Shown here one piece after another: positions 48,447-57,269 of a stretch of 64,000 nucleotides of DNA (its first letter is position 1; the number at the start of each line of letters is the position of its first letter). The notes below the pieces were generated by a model that made no database searches, was not told where the DNA came from, and saw only the letters and a list, made by a program, of their open reading frames with translations. This stretch comes from Phycisphaerales bacterium (GTDB taxonomy: Bacteria > Planctomycetota > Phycisphaerae > Phycisphaerales > UBA1924): positions 1,792,001 to 1,856,000 of the forward strand of contig OZ245777.1 in assembly GCA_965227775.1 (NCBI GenBank), in the 5' to 3' direction. The position numbers and the translations under genes were made by a program.

Positions 48447-49136
48447 ATGGCACACCCCAGCTCATCCAAGAAAACCCTCGTGCTCTGCGACGGCGACCTG
48501 CCCGGCATGGTGGCCCTAAGCCTCACCCAGGATGCGATGGGCTCCTCAGGCTCGTGCGGTGTGCTGGCAGGCGCGGTCGCTTCGGACCACGCCGAGGCCA
48601 TCGCCAGCCGCATCCGCTCGCTCGCCGAGTCCCAGGCAGCGGACTGCTTGGACTTTCCTGCCGTCTCCTCAAACGCACTCGCATCCGGGTCCCGCCGAAC
48701 GCGGTACCTGACCGAGGCGGTCCACCACGCGATGGCCAGCGGCTACGCCTCGTTGGCCTGCCCTTGGCAGGCCGGGGCCTTCGACGCCGACAAGCCGCTC
48801 GGTATCGACGAGGTGCCCTCTGTCGAGAACCTGGCCCGCGAGCTCGATCGCTGCCTGCTGGTCTCTCGTCTGGTGACGCTCGATGCATCCGAGCACGGCG
48901 TCGGTGTGTTCGAGGTGCAGACTCCGCTGATGGACCTGAGCGACACCCAAGTCGCCGAGCTTGCCTTGGATCTGGATGTGCCGATCTGGCGGGCGTGGTG
49001 GTGGGAGGTCGCCGCCGGCAAGCGAGCCAAGGACCCCGTGCTCGGCGAGCGTGCCAACGCCCTGCGAGACCGCTGGTGCGCCGCGCTCGAGTCTCTCGGC
49101 TGGTCCATCGATGCCGAATTGGCCGCGTCTCGATGA
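48447..49136 (+). CDS. QueC-like (adenine-nucleotide alpha-hydrolase fold) protein with degenerate motifs
   Basis: KTLVLCDGDLPG at the PP-loop position; VQTPLMDLSDTQVAELALDLDVP..RAW resembles the QueC C-terminal block. Confidence 0.5.
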   Translation: MAHPSSSKKTLVLCDGDLPGMVALSLTQDAMGSSGSCGVLAGAVASDHAEAIASRIRSLAESQAADCLDFPAVSSNALASGSRRTRYLTEAVHHAMASGYASLACPWQAGAFDADKPLGIDEVPSVENLARELDRCLLVSRLVTLDASEHGVGVFEVQTPLMDLSDTQVAELALDLDVPIWRAWWWEVAAGKRAKDPVLGERANALRDRWCAALESLGWSIDAELAASR

Positions 49137-49164
49137 CGACGCTCGTCGGTCCAACGATTCGGGC

Positions 49165-50127
49165 GTGACCCCTCCCCGGCTCATCGTGCAGAAGTTCGGC
49201 GGCACGTCGGTGTCCGACGCGGGGCGAATCCGCCTTTGCGCGCAGCGGGCCGTCGATGCGGCGCGCGCCGGTCACCGGGTCGTCGTTGTTGTTTCTGCCA
49301 TGGGCCGCACGACCGACGCTCTCCTGCGCAGCGCGATGGAGATCGACGGTAATCCGCCCGCTCGCGAGCTTGATCAGTTGCTCGCCGCCGGTGAGCAGGT
49401 TTCCGTCGCCCTTGCCGCGATCGCGATCAAGGCCCTCGGCGGTGTGGCCACGGGGCTCGACGCCCGGCAGGCAGGGATCTCGGCCGACGGGCCGCACGGG
49501 CGGAGCCGCATCGGCCGGATCAACACCAGCCGCATCGAGGCGGTGCTCGAACAGGGCCGCATCGCGGTCGTCGCCGGCTTCCAGGGCGAGTTGGACTCGG
49601 GCGACCGGGCGACCATCGGCCGTGGAGGCTCCGATACCACCGCCGTTGCGATCTCCGTTGCCTTGGGCGCCCAAGTCTGCGAGATCTACACCGACACGCT
49701 CGGCGTGATGACGGCCGACCCTTCGCTCGTGCCAGAGGCGCGCCGCATCGAGACGCTCGCCTGGCCGGCGATGACGGCGCTCTCGCGCCACGGCGCTCGG
49801 GTGCTCTCGATCGACGCTGCCGAGATGGCCCAGGCCGCGCGCTTGCCGGTCCGCGTCCGTCACGCGGCACTGGCGGGCGAGGGCACGCTCGTCACCGCAA
49901 ATGAGTGGCCGGCTGGCCCGATCGCCTGCGCGGCCAGCCGCCACGGCACCGGCTCAACCATCGCGCTCGTTGGGCGTGGCATGCCGGCGGACGTGCGGCA
50001 CGAGGCCCACGCCGTGCTGGGGCCGGGCGCTAACGAAGAAGCGGATGCGATCGTGCTCCACAGCGTTCCGCACGCGCGGGCGGGTGGCCTGTTAAGGGAA
50101 TTGCACGCGGCGGTCGGGCTCGCGTAG
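49165..50127 (+). CDS. lysC: Aspartate kinase, short form with reduced ACT region
   Basis: Motifs VQKFGGTSV, VVSAMG.TTD, GEQVS, VAGFQG, GRGGSDTTA and IYTD..GV.TADP. Confidence 0.85.
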   Translation: MTPPRLIVQKFGGTSVSDAGRIRLCAQRAVDAARAGHRVVVVVSAMGRTTDALLRSAMEIDGNPPARELDQLLAAGEQVSVALAAIAIKALGGVATGLDARQAGISADGPHGRSRIGRINTSRIEAVLEQGRIAVVAGFQGELDSGDRATIGRGGSDTTAVAISVALGAQVCEIYTDTLGVMTADPSLVPEARRIETLAWPAMTALSRHGARVLSIDAAEMAQAARLPVRVRHAALAGEGTLVTANEWPAGPIACAASRHGTGSTIALVGRGMPADVRHEAHAVLGPGANEEADAIVLHSVPHARAGGLLRELHAAVGLA

Positions 50128-50140
50128 TCGACCAATTGCC

Positions 50141-50680
50141 TCAGATCTCGCCGGGGCTGGCCTGGGTCACCTCGCCGGTCGCGAAGTCGTACGTGCCCAT
50201 CTGCTTGATGGGCGGCGAGTAGATATGCAGCGTGATGAGGTCGACGCCCTTGGCCTGCATGTTGGCGACCTGGTGGATGTCTTCGTCCTCGGCGGCGCAC
50301 ACCGTGCCGGGCTCGAGCATCCGGCGACCGGTCGGGCACACCTTGCCACAGGCCGTCGGTTCGTAGCGAATCTCGGTGCCTTGCCCCTCGATGACCTTGA
50401 AAGCACAGCTCGATCCCTCGTGGTCATGGATGGGCGTGCAGTCGCCGCTCCGCCAGCACAGCGCGAGCAACTCGTACCACTCCCCGCGTGCGATCGTGTT
50501 GCGCCGGTAGCCCCGCGTGCCGAACAGACAGGCCGGTGCGATGTCATGCCGGTTCAGGTCGAGCGACTCGAGATGACGCGCAAGCTCGCCGAGATCGGCG
50601 CGCCCACGCAATGACGCGAGGTAGCCGACGAGGTCGGCCAGCTTCGGCGTCACGGTACAGGTCGTCTCGGGTGTGCTCAT
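50141..50680 (-). CDS. Cysteine dioxygenase (type I)
   Basis: Motifs YRRN, LCW, IHDH....C, H.V.N and TLHIYSPP. Confidence 0.88.
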   Translation of the reverse strand: MSTPETTCTVTPKLADLVGYLASLRGRADLGELARHLESLDLNRHDIAPACLFGTRGYRRNTIARGEWYELLALCWRSGDCTPIHDHEGSSCAFKVIEGQGTEIRYEPTACGKVCPTGRRMLEPGTVCAAEDEDIHQVANMQAKGVDLITLHIYSPPIKQMGTYDFATGEVTQASPGEI

Positions 50681-52050
50681 GGTGCGGCAACATCAGTATA
50701 CGGGGCCTCTTCGAGCTCGCGTGCCAGTTCGGCCTTCAGAGCCTGAGCCAGATACGCATACTGCGCCTCGTGGTTGTAGAGCTGAGCCGAAATCCGCACG
50801 AATCGACGTGGCACGCGGCCCTGCTCCAGCACCGGCGGGTGCAACACGGGTACCTGAACGCCCCAGTGCGAAATCAGACGATCCTGCAGCGCATCGGCGT
50901 GCCGCGTGGGCCGCTGTGAGAGCCGTTCCCACGCGGCCGCACCGATTGGCGGAAGCTCGACCATCGCGATGCACCCGGTCATCGACTCGGGGGCGGGCGG
51001 CTTGGTATCGAGCGCGTCGCTCAGGAGCCGCTGGCCCTGCAACGCGAGCGCATGGTTGCGCTCGCGGATGTCCCGCCACGTGTCGTCCAGCCCGGCTGGA
51101 TTGAGATCAAACGCTTCGGCCGGGAAGCGGCGGGGGGCCTCGCCGCGCGCGATCGTCGCCATGATGCGGATCGCTGCCGGCACGGCCAGCACCGACGTGG
51201 GGTCGTTGGTGCCGACGTAGTCGAACTCGGTGTGCAGATGGGGGCGGCCTTCGATCGGGCTGTTCGCGAGATTCGAGAGGATCATGGGCCGGCACCGCGC
51301 CCGCTGCTCTGGGTGCACCCACAAGACGGCCGAGCCCTTGGGGGAGCACACCCACTTGTGCAGGTTTGCCGTGTAGTAGGTGGGCGCGAGCGCGTCGATG
51401 TCGAGATCGATGTGGCCCGGCACGTGCGCCCCATCGACGATCACTCGCACGCCACGGCCCTCGAGCTCACGCACCAACTCCGCGATCGGCAGCACCATCG
51501 CGCTCGCGCTGGTGATGTGGCTGAGCAGCGCGATCCTCGTTCGCTCCGTCACGGCCCCCAGCACCGCGTCGACGATCCCCTGCGGCGTCGCGCCTGGGAA
51601 GGGCAGCTTCGCCGTCACGAACTTGAGCCCCGCCGCACCGGCCATGTGCCGCAGGTTGTTCGCGCAGGCCGGGTACTCGTGGTCGGTGAGCAGCACCTCG
51701 CTGCCCTCGGCGGCCTGACCGCTGGCGATGAGGTTGTGAATCGCCGTCGCGACGCCCGTGGTGGCGTTGGGCACGAACACCAGCCCACCCCGATCGCACC
51801 CAACGAACCGAGCCACGTCGTCGCGCACCCAGTTGATCAGCCCGAACAAGTCTTCGGCAAAGAATCGCACGGGCTCGCCCTCAAGCCGCCCTCGCCATGC
51901 GGCCTGTGTTTCGAGCACCGCTTGCGGGCAGCCGCCGAACGATCCATGGTTCAGGAATGTCACGCCCGGCTCATGGATCCACCAGCGAGCCAGCGGGCCG
52001 GCCGGTGGCGACGTGCGCGATTCGCGTTCATTCCGTCCCTGGTGTGCCAT
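50677..52050 (-). CDS. PLP-dependent class V aminotransferase (CefD/cysteine desulfhydrase/Egt2-like C-S lyase)
   Basis: Motifs FLNHGSFG, NATTG, VDGAH, ANLHKW, GTNDP and RISAQLYN. Confidence 0.85.
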   Translation of the reverse strand: MAHQGRNERESRTSPPAGPLARWWIHEPGVTFLNHGSFGGCPQAVLETQAAWRGRLEGEPVRFFAEDLFGLINWVRDDVARFVGCDRGGLVFVPNATTGVATAIHNLIASGQAAEGSEVLLTDHEYPACANNLRHMAGAAGLKFVTAKLPFPGATPQGIVDAVLGAVTERTRIALLSHITSASAMVLPIAELVRELEGRGVRVIVDGAHVPGHIDLDIDALAPTYYTANLHKWVCSPKGSAVLWVHPEQRARCRPMILSNLANSPIEGRPHLHTEFDYVGTNDPTSVLAVPAAIRIMATIARGEAPRRFPAEAFDLNPAGLDDTWRDIRERNHALALQGQRLLSDALDTKPPAPESMTGCIAMVELPPIGAAAWERLSQRPTRHADALQDRLISHWGVQVPVLHPPVLEQGRVPRRFVRISAQLYNHEAQYAYLAQALKAELARELEEAPYTDVAAP

Positions 52051-52069
52051 ACGCGGGTATCGTTGCGGC

Positions 52070-52654
52070 GTGAACGCTCAGGGTCTTGCGTTGTGCCTGT
52101 CGATTGTCGCCGCCTGCATGGCGTGCGTGCCCGGCTGCGCGACGCCCGAAGAGCCCTGGAAGACCGGGCTGTGGAACAAGACCCCACCCGATTACCCGTT
52201 CGTGCCCAATCGCGTGCTGGTGCACCCGCTCACGCGTGCGGCCGAGTCACGTGATGGAGACTGGCGACTTCGCGTCCACTTCCTGTTCCTCGATGCGTGG
52301 GAAGACCAGGTCAAGGGCCTCGGGCGCGTGCAGGTGCAACTCATAGCCGACGGCGCGATCGACGGCGAGCGGATCAACCCGGTCGCATGGCAAGAGATCA
52401 ACCTCAACGACCTGGCCACCAACCGCAGCCACTACGACAATGTGACCCGCACCTACGTGCTCGAGGTTCCGCAGTCGGCGATGCCCGAGTGGCTGCCCCT
52501 CGCCCTCAGCGAACTCGAGGCCGCCCGCCAAGAGGGCGGCGTCGCCTATCGCAGCTTCGCCGGCCGGCTCACCATCCGAGTTGTCTACCGCGCCACGATG
52601 GCCGATGGCGAAGAAGTGGTTGCCAGCAACGATTTCGTGCTCGCGCCCGGCTGA
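52070..52654 (+). CDS. Hypothetical lipoprotein
   Basis: Lipobox-like VPGC. GTG start with TATCGT 6 nt upstream. Confidence 0.65.
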   Translation: MNAQGLALCLSIVAACMACVPGCATPEEPWKTGLWNKTPPDYPFVPNRVLVHPLTRAAESRDGDWRLRVHFLFLDAWEDQVKGLGRVQVQLIADGAIDGERINPVAWQEINLNDLATNRSHYDNVTRTYVLEVPQSAMPEWLPLALSELEAARQEGGVAYRSFAGRLTIRVVYRATMADGEEVVASNDFVLAPG

Positions 52655-52660
52655 GCACGC

Positions 52661-54007
52661 TCAACTGCCGTCTTCCTCGATGATGCCCTGACGCCGGTAC
52701 TTCTCGCGATACCGATCGCGGAGCACGGTCTGCTTGTTGCTCAGGTCGACGCGGGCACCATCGATGAATGCCGCTTCGATAGAGGTGGTCATCTCCAGCG
52801 GCGTCCCGTCGGTCAATAGCAGCGTGGCGCTCTTGCCGGCCTCGATGGTGCCGTAGTTGTCACCGATGCCCATGATCTGCGCCGCGTCGCGGGTGATGGA
52901 CGCCATCGCGTCGGCCTCGTCGAAGCCCATGTCTCGGCCGTAGGCCACGGCCATTGCCGCCTCGTAGGGCAGGTTGCGCACGTTTTCGTCCACGTTGCCC
53001 GGCGCCAGGCACCACCGCACGCCCGCCGCATCGAGGCGGGCGGGCAGTGTGAACGCCTCGTCGTAGTCCGCATCGCCGCGCCTGGGGAAGTTATGCACAC
53101 CCTCGACGATCACCGCCACGTCGTGCTTCTTGAGCAGCTCGGCCAGCAGCGGCGCATCGCGACCGCCCTGGATGATGACCTTGAGCCCGCGACCGGCAGC
53201 CCACGTCACCGCCGACTGGATGCGCTCCACGCTTTGCGCGTTGATGATCACCGGCTTCTGGTCATCGGCGCTGGCCAGCAGGCTCTGCATCGCCTCCATC
53301 CGCAGGTCGACCGGCGTTGCCGGGTCGGCAGCGCGCGCATCGCGGTAGGCCTCGGCGGTGTCGAAGAGCGCATCGATGCGACCGATCCGCTCGCGCACGT
53401 CGTCGGTCGAGAGCGTCTGCCCACCCCCGAACGGCCGATGCCCATCTCGAACGCTCGGCCAGTTCAGGATGATGCCCGCGTTGGCATTGGCGGTCATATC
53501 TTCGTACGTCCAGCCGTCGAGCTTGATGACGCCGGCCTGCCCGCTCACCAGCCCGCCGGTCGGGAACGTGCCTGCGAGCAGGATGCCGTTGCTCCGTGCC
53601 ACGGGTAGCAGCGTCGAGTCCGGATTGACCGCCACGACGGCTCGCACCTCGGGCTTCACGCTCCCAACCTCGTTGTAGTCGCGCATAGCCCGCACCGAGC
53701 CGATCTCGGTGAGCCCAAGTCGCGTGATCGCGGCGATCATGCCCGGGTACACGTGCATGCCCGTGCCGTCGATGATCCGCGTCGTCGCGATGAACATGCG
53801 CTCACCCGATCCGACGCCCGTGATCCGGCCGTCCTCGAACATGACCCAGCCGTCCTCGATGGGCGATTCGCCCTCGACCATCGTGTGGATGGTGGCGCCC
53901 GTGATGGCGATGGGGTGGTCGGGCACCTCGCCGCGGGGCGTCAGGTCTTGGGCCATGCCGGCGGCCGCCAGCGCAAGGATCGTGAGCGTTGCAATAGCCG
54001 TGCGCAT
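52661..54007 (-). CDS. Secreted amidohydrolase-family protein lacking the HxH metal motif
   Basis: Signal peptide, IDGTGMHVYPGMI, and SITRDAAQIMGI...GTIEAGKSA. AITR stands where HxH is expected. Confidence 0.8.
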   Translation of the reverse strand: MRTAIATLTILALAAAGMAQDLTPRGEVPDHPIAITGATIHTMVEGESPIEDGWVMFEDGRITGVGSGERMFIATTRIIDGTGMHVYPGMIAAITRLGLTEIGSVRAMRDYNEVGSVKPEVRAVVAVNPDSTLLPVARSNGILLAGTFPTGGLVSGQAGVIKLDGWTYEDMTANANAGIILNWPSVRDGHRPFGGGQTLSTDDVRERIGRIDALFDTAEAYRDARAADPATPVDLRMEAMQSLLASADDQKPVIINAQSVERIQSAVTWAAGRGLKVIIQGGRDAPLLAELLKKHDVAVIVEGVHNFPRRGDADYDEAFTLPARLDAAGVRWCLAPGNVDENVRNLPYEAAMAVAYGRDMGFDEADAMASITRDAAQIMGIGDNYGTIEAGKSATLLLTDGTPLEMTTSIEAAFIDGARVDLSNKQTVLRDRYREKYRRQGIIEEDGS

Positions 54008-57000
54008 CAGCGGGCCTCCCGTTCCATCATCTCGAAGTACTCGGCAGGAATCACGCCGCACGCGCCGCACAGGCTGGCGCCGGCGCCGCCCCGTCCATCG
54101 TGCCCGTAGAACCACGCGTACACACCACGGCGGCCGGGGTCTTCCTCGTCTTCGGCTTCGTCGGCTACATTCTCTGGCTCCGGCTCGTCTTCCTTCTCGG
54201 GCAACTTGGCCTGCTCGCGCATGAGCTTCTGGATCAGCCGCTCGCGCTCGCTCGCGATCCGATCCCGGTGGGCCTTGTCCTGCTCGATGCTGAAGTACTC
54301 GCGCCCGTCGATGTAGACACGCTCGGCGCGGCTCATCGTCGAGAGCGGGTCGCCGCTCCAGATCACCAGGTCGGCGTCTTTGCCGGGCTCGAGCGAGCCC
54401 ACGCGGTCGTCGATGGCCAGCTGGATCGCAGGGTTGATCGTGACGAACTTGATGGCTTCCTCGGGCGAGAGCCCGCCGTACTTCACGGCCTTCGCCGCCT
54501 CCACGTTCATGCGCCGGGCGAGCTCGTCGCTGTCGCTGTTAAAGCTGACGTTGACGCCCGCCTCGTGCAAGATTGGCCCCGCATACGGGATCGCGTCCTG
54601 CACCTCAACCTTATAGGCCCACCAGTCGCTGAACAGGCTCGCGCCGATCGAGTGCTCCCGCACCGCCTCGGCCACCTTGTAGCACTCCAGTCCGTGCTGG
54701 AACGTACCGATCTTGAAGCCAAACTCCTCGGCCACGCGGCACAGCATCAGGATCTCGTCCTGCCGATAGCTGTGGCAGTGAATGAGCCGCTCTCCCGCGA
54801 GAATCTCCGCGAGTGCTTCGAGCTCCGTATCTGTGCGGCCGCTCTCGGTCTTCATGCCGTTTGCCGCGTACTCCCGAGCCGCGACGAACCGGTCGCGAAT
54901 GAGCGTCTCGACGCCCATGCGCGTCTGTGGGTAGCGACCGGTGAAGGTGCTGCCCCAATTGCTCTGCTTCACGTTCTCACCCAGCGCGAACTTGATGCCG
55001 GGCTTGGCGCCCTCGAAGTGCATGTCGGTAGGGTGCACCGCGCCCCAGCGGACCTTCTGGATCACGTTCTGCCCACCGATCGGGTTGGCCGATCCGTGCA
55101 GCGTGTTCACGGTCGTCACGCCGCCGGCGAGCTGGCGGTACCAGTTCACCGGGTTGGGATCGGTCGTGTCGCCCATACGCACCTCGGCGGTCACGGCCTG
55201 GCCGCTCTCGTTGGTGCCGGCGCTCCACGTGCCCGTGTGGCTGTGGGCGTCGATCAGACCGGGCGTCACGTGCTTGCCCTGCGCATCGATTACGGTCGCG
55301 TCGCGGCGGCTGGGCGCATCGCCCTCGCCGATCGCAACGATCTCGCCATCGTTGATCGCGATCCACCCGCGATCGATGTTGCCACGATCGCTGACCGTCC
55401 AGATGGTTGCGTTCGTGATGATCACCTCGTCCTGCTCGGGAATCTGGGCGACCGAGTACGCGCCAAACGGATATCCGCCCAGGTCTTCCGGTGGTAGTTC
55501 GGTGTCGTCTTCTTGCTTCTCCTCGTCGTCGGCCTCGTCGCTGTCTTCGGTCGCGAGGCGCAAGCCGGTGAACTCGAACGGCCGGCCATCCGGCCGCGCG
55601 CCCGCGCCGATGATCTCATCTCCGTGCACCGTGCCGGTCAGCGTGAACACGCCTTCCATCCCGAAGGGCTCGTGGTCGAACAGAACCGTGAGCGTGTTGG
55701 CGGTGCGATCGAGCACGGCCTTCGTGCTGGGCTGATCCTCACCCTCGGCTATCTCGGCCCCGGGATCGGTGATCGTGCCCTTGCCCTTGCCGTCGACGGT
55801 CAGGTCAAGCCGGAAGCGCCCGGCGAGCGTGAGTTCCCACGTGCCCTCGAGCGTGTCGAGCTTGGGCAGATTGATCTGGTGGCGGCGTCCCTCGAGCCAC
55901 AGGTCGAGGATCTTCGTGTCCGCCTCGAAGATCGGCCCGGTCGCCACGATCACGTTGCCGAGCATATCGGGTGCGATCTGGCCGACCTCATCCGCCACGC
56001 CGAGCAACTCCGCCGGCCGCGTCGTGAGCGCCGCGAGCGCGTCGTCCTCGCTGAGCCCCATCTCGATGGCCTTGCGCAGCAACTTGTGGAATCCGCCCCG
56101 ACCACCGATGCCATTGGGGATCTTGCTGCTCGTCAGCACGATGTCAAAGCCGGCATCCTGCAACCGCCGTGCGTTCGTTGGCGCCTGCTCCCACTCCATC
56201 AGCGTGTTGAGGTCGATCGCTTCGGTATCCGCGATGGACTTCACGTTTGGAGCCTTCGGGAACCGCAGCGGTACGACGAGGGTCAATCCACCGTCCTCGG
56301 CCGCGCGAGCAAACGCATCGAGCCGCTTACACTCGCTGCCGCTGCCGACGATTACCGCCGAGCGATCGAACTCGCGTGCCATCGAGATGCCGCGGAGCGC
56401 CACGAGCTCGGTTGGCACGTCGAACCACAGCGCGACCTCGCCGTCTTCGAGCGGCGTCAACGCGTTCTTCGGAGCGTCGTCTTGCGTTGCCTGCCACTGC
56501 GCATCGAGCATCGTCTGGCGAACGAGCGCGATCGAGCCCATCTGGCTCGTCGGGTACGCGCGACTGCCCCAACCACTGCTCTCGAACGCGACAACCTGGC
56601 CGACCGAGTTGTTGAGCACCAGCGGCCGATACCCACTCGCGTCGTCCGAGGGCTCGCCGAGCGAGATCACGGCGTTCGAGCCTCGCAGGATGCCGCTGCC
56701 AGGCGCGATGCCTACGGCGCCGAATCCCAGCTTCCGCAGGCTGGAACGCGCACCCGAGTCGATCCACGTCGCATCGAGCGCCGAGCGCTGCGGCGTGACG
56801 AGCCCACTCCAGTGCACGCCGGGCGATCCCGGCTCACCGGGCGATGGGGCGTCGACCTCGTAGTACGCCTCGACAAACGCGGGGTACAAGTGCAACCCAC
56901 TCGCGTCGACGATCGCGAACCCCGCCGGCGGCTCTCCGCTCTGGCGATCGACGAGCGTGATGCGCCCGTGCTCGATGTACACCGTGCCCTCGAAGGGCTC

Positions 57001-57198
57001 TTCGCCCGCCTTGGGGTGGACGGTGCCGCCGACAAGCGCGAATCGCACGGGCTCAGCGTGCCGCGGCCCGTTTGGCCGATCGGCGAGGGGAGAATCACTT
57101 GTCAATTGCTGGGTGGGCTGGGCCAATGCCGCACCGCCCACGAGCATCAGGCCGACCGCCAGCACACGGCGGGCGGAAGAGAGCAGGGATGTGTTCAT
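54007..57198 (-). CDS. Large secreted two-domain amidohydrolase
   Basis: N-terminal amidohydrolase-like domain without HxH. C-terminal domain with PGLIDAHSH, KFALGEN, HCHSY, FQH, SDS and GSLEPGKDADLV. Confidence 0.88.
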   Translation of the reverse strand: MNTSLLSSARRVLAVGLMLVGGAALAQPTQQLTSDSPLADRPNGPRHAEPVRFALVGGTVHPKAGEEPFEGTVYIEHGRITLVDRQSGEPPAGFAIVDASGLHLYPAFVEAYYEVDAPSPGEPGSPGVHWSGLVTPQRSALDATWIDSGARSSLRKLGFGAVGIAPGSGILRGSNAVISLGEPSDDASGYRPLVLNNSVGQVVAFESSGWGSRAYPTSQMGSIALVRQTMLDAQWQATQDDAPKNALTPLEDGEVALWFDVPTELVALRGISMAREFDRSAVIVGSGSECKRLDAFARAAEDGGLTLVVPLRFPKAPNVKSIADTEAIDLNTLMEWEQAPTNARRLQDAGFDIVLTSSKIPNGIGGRGGFHKLLRKAIEMGLSEDDALAALTTRPAELLGVADEVGQIAPDMLGNVIVATGPIFEADTKILDLWLEGRRHQINLPKLDTLEGTWELTLAGRFRLDLTVDGKGKGTITDPGAEIAEGEDQPSTKAVLDRTANTLTVLFDHEPFGMEGVFTLTGTVHGDEIIGAGARPDGRPFEFTGLRLATEDSDEADDEEKQEDDTELPPEDLGGYPFGAYSVAQIPEQDEVIITNATIWTVSDRGNIDRGWIAINDGEIVAIGEGDAPSRRDATVIDAQGKHVTPGLIDAHSHTGTWSAGTNESGQAVTAEVRMGDTTDPNPVNWYRQLAGGVTTVNTLHGSANPIGGQNVIQKVRWGAVHPTDMHFEGAKPGIKFALGENVKQSNWGSTFTGRYPQTRMGVETLIRDRFVAAREYAANGMKTESGRTDTELEALAEILAGERLIHCHSYRQDEILMLCRVAEEFGFKIGTFQHGLECYKVAEAVREHSIGASLFSDWWAYKVEVQDAIPYAGPILHEAGVNVSFNSDSDELARRMNVEAAKAVKYGGLSPEEAIKFVTINPAIQLAIDDRVGSLEPGKDADLVIWSGDPLSTMSRAERVYIDGREYFSIEQDKAHRDRIASERERLIQKLMREQAKLPEKEDEPEPENVADEAEDEEDPGRRGVYAWFYGHDGRGGAGASLCGACGVIPAEYFEMMEREAR

Positions 57199-57269
57199 GC
57201 CGCCAGCATAGCAGGACGTCGGGTGCGCGGAGAAAGGCGTTTTCCCGACTACCCCTGATAATTCGCTCG

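Noticed and set aside
37923..49136. tgt plus the QueC-like gene as a 7-deazaguanine DNA modification (dpd) island
   Set aside because: tgt is a canonical tRNA enzyme in the usual tgt-yajC-secDF context, about 9 kb from the QueC-like gene, and no dpd genes are present.
50141..52050. Ergothioneine or beta-lactam biosynthetic cluster
   Set aside because: No EgtB/EgtD, ACV synthetase or isopenicillin N synthase genes are in the window; the family resemblance of the PLP enzyme alone is insufficient.
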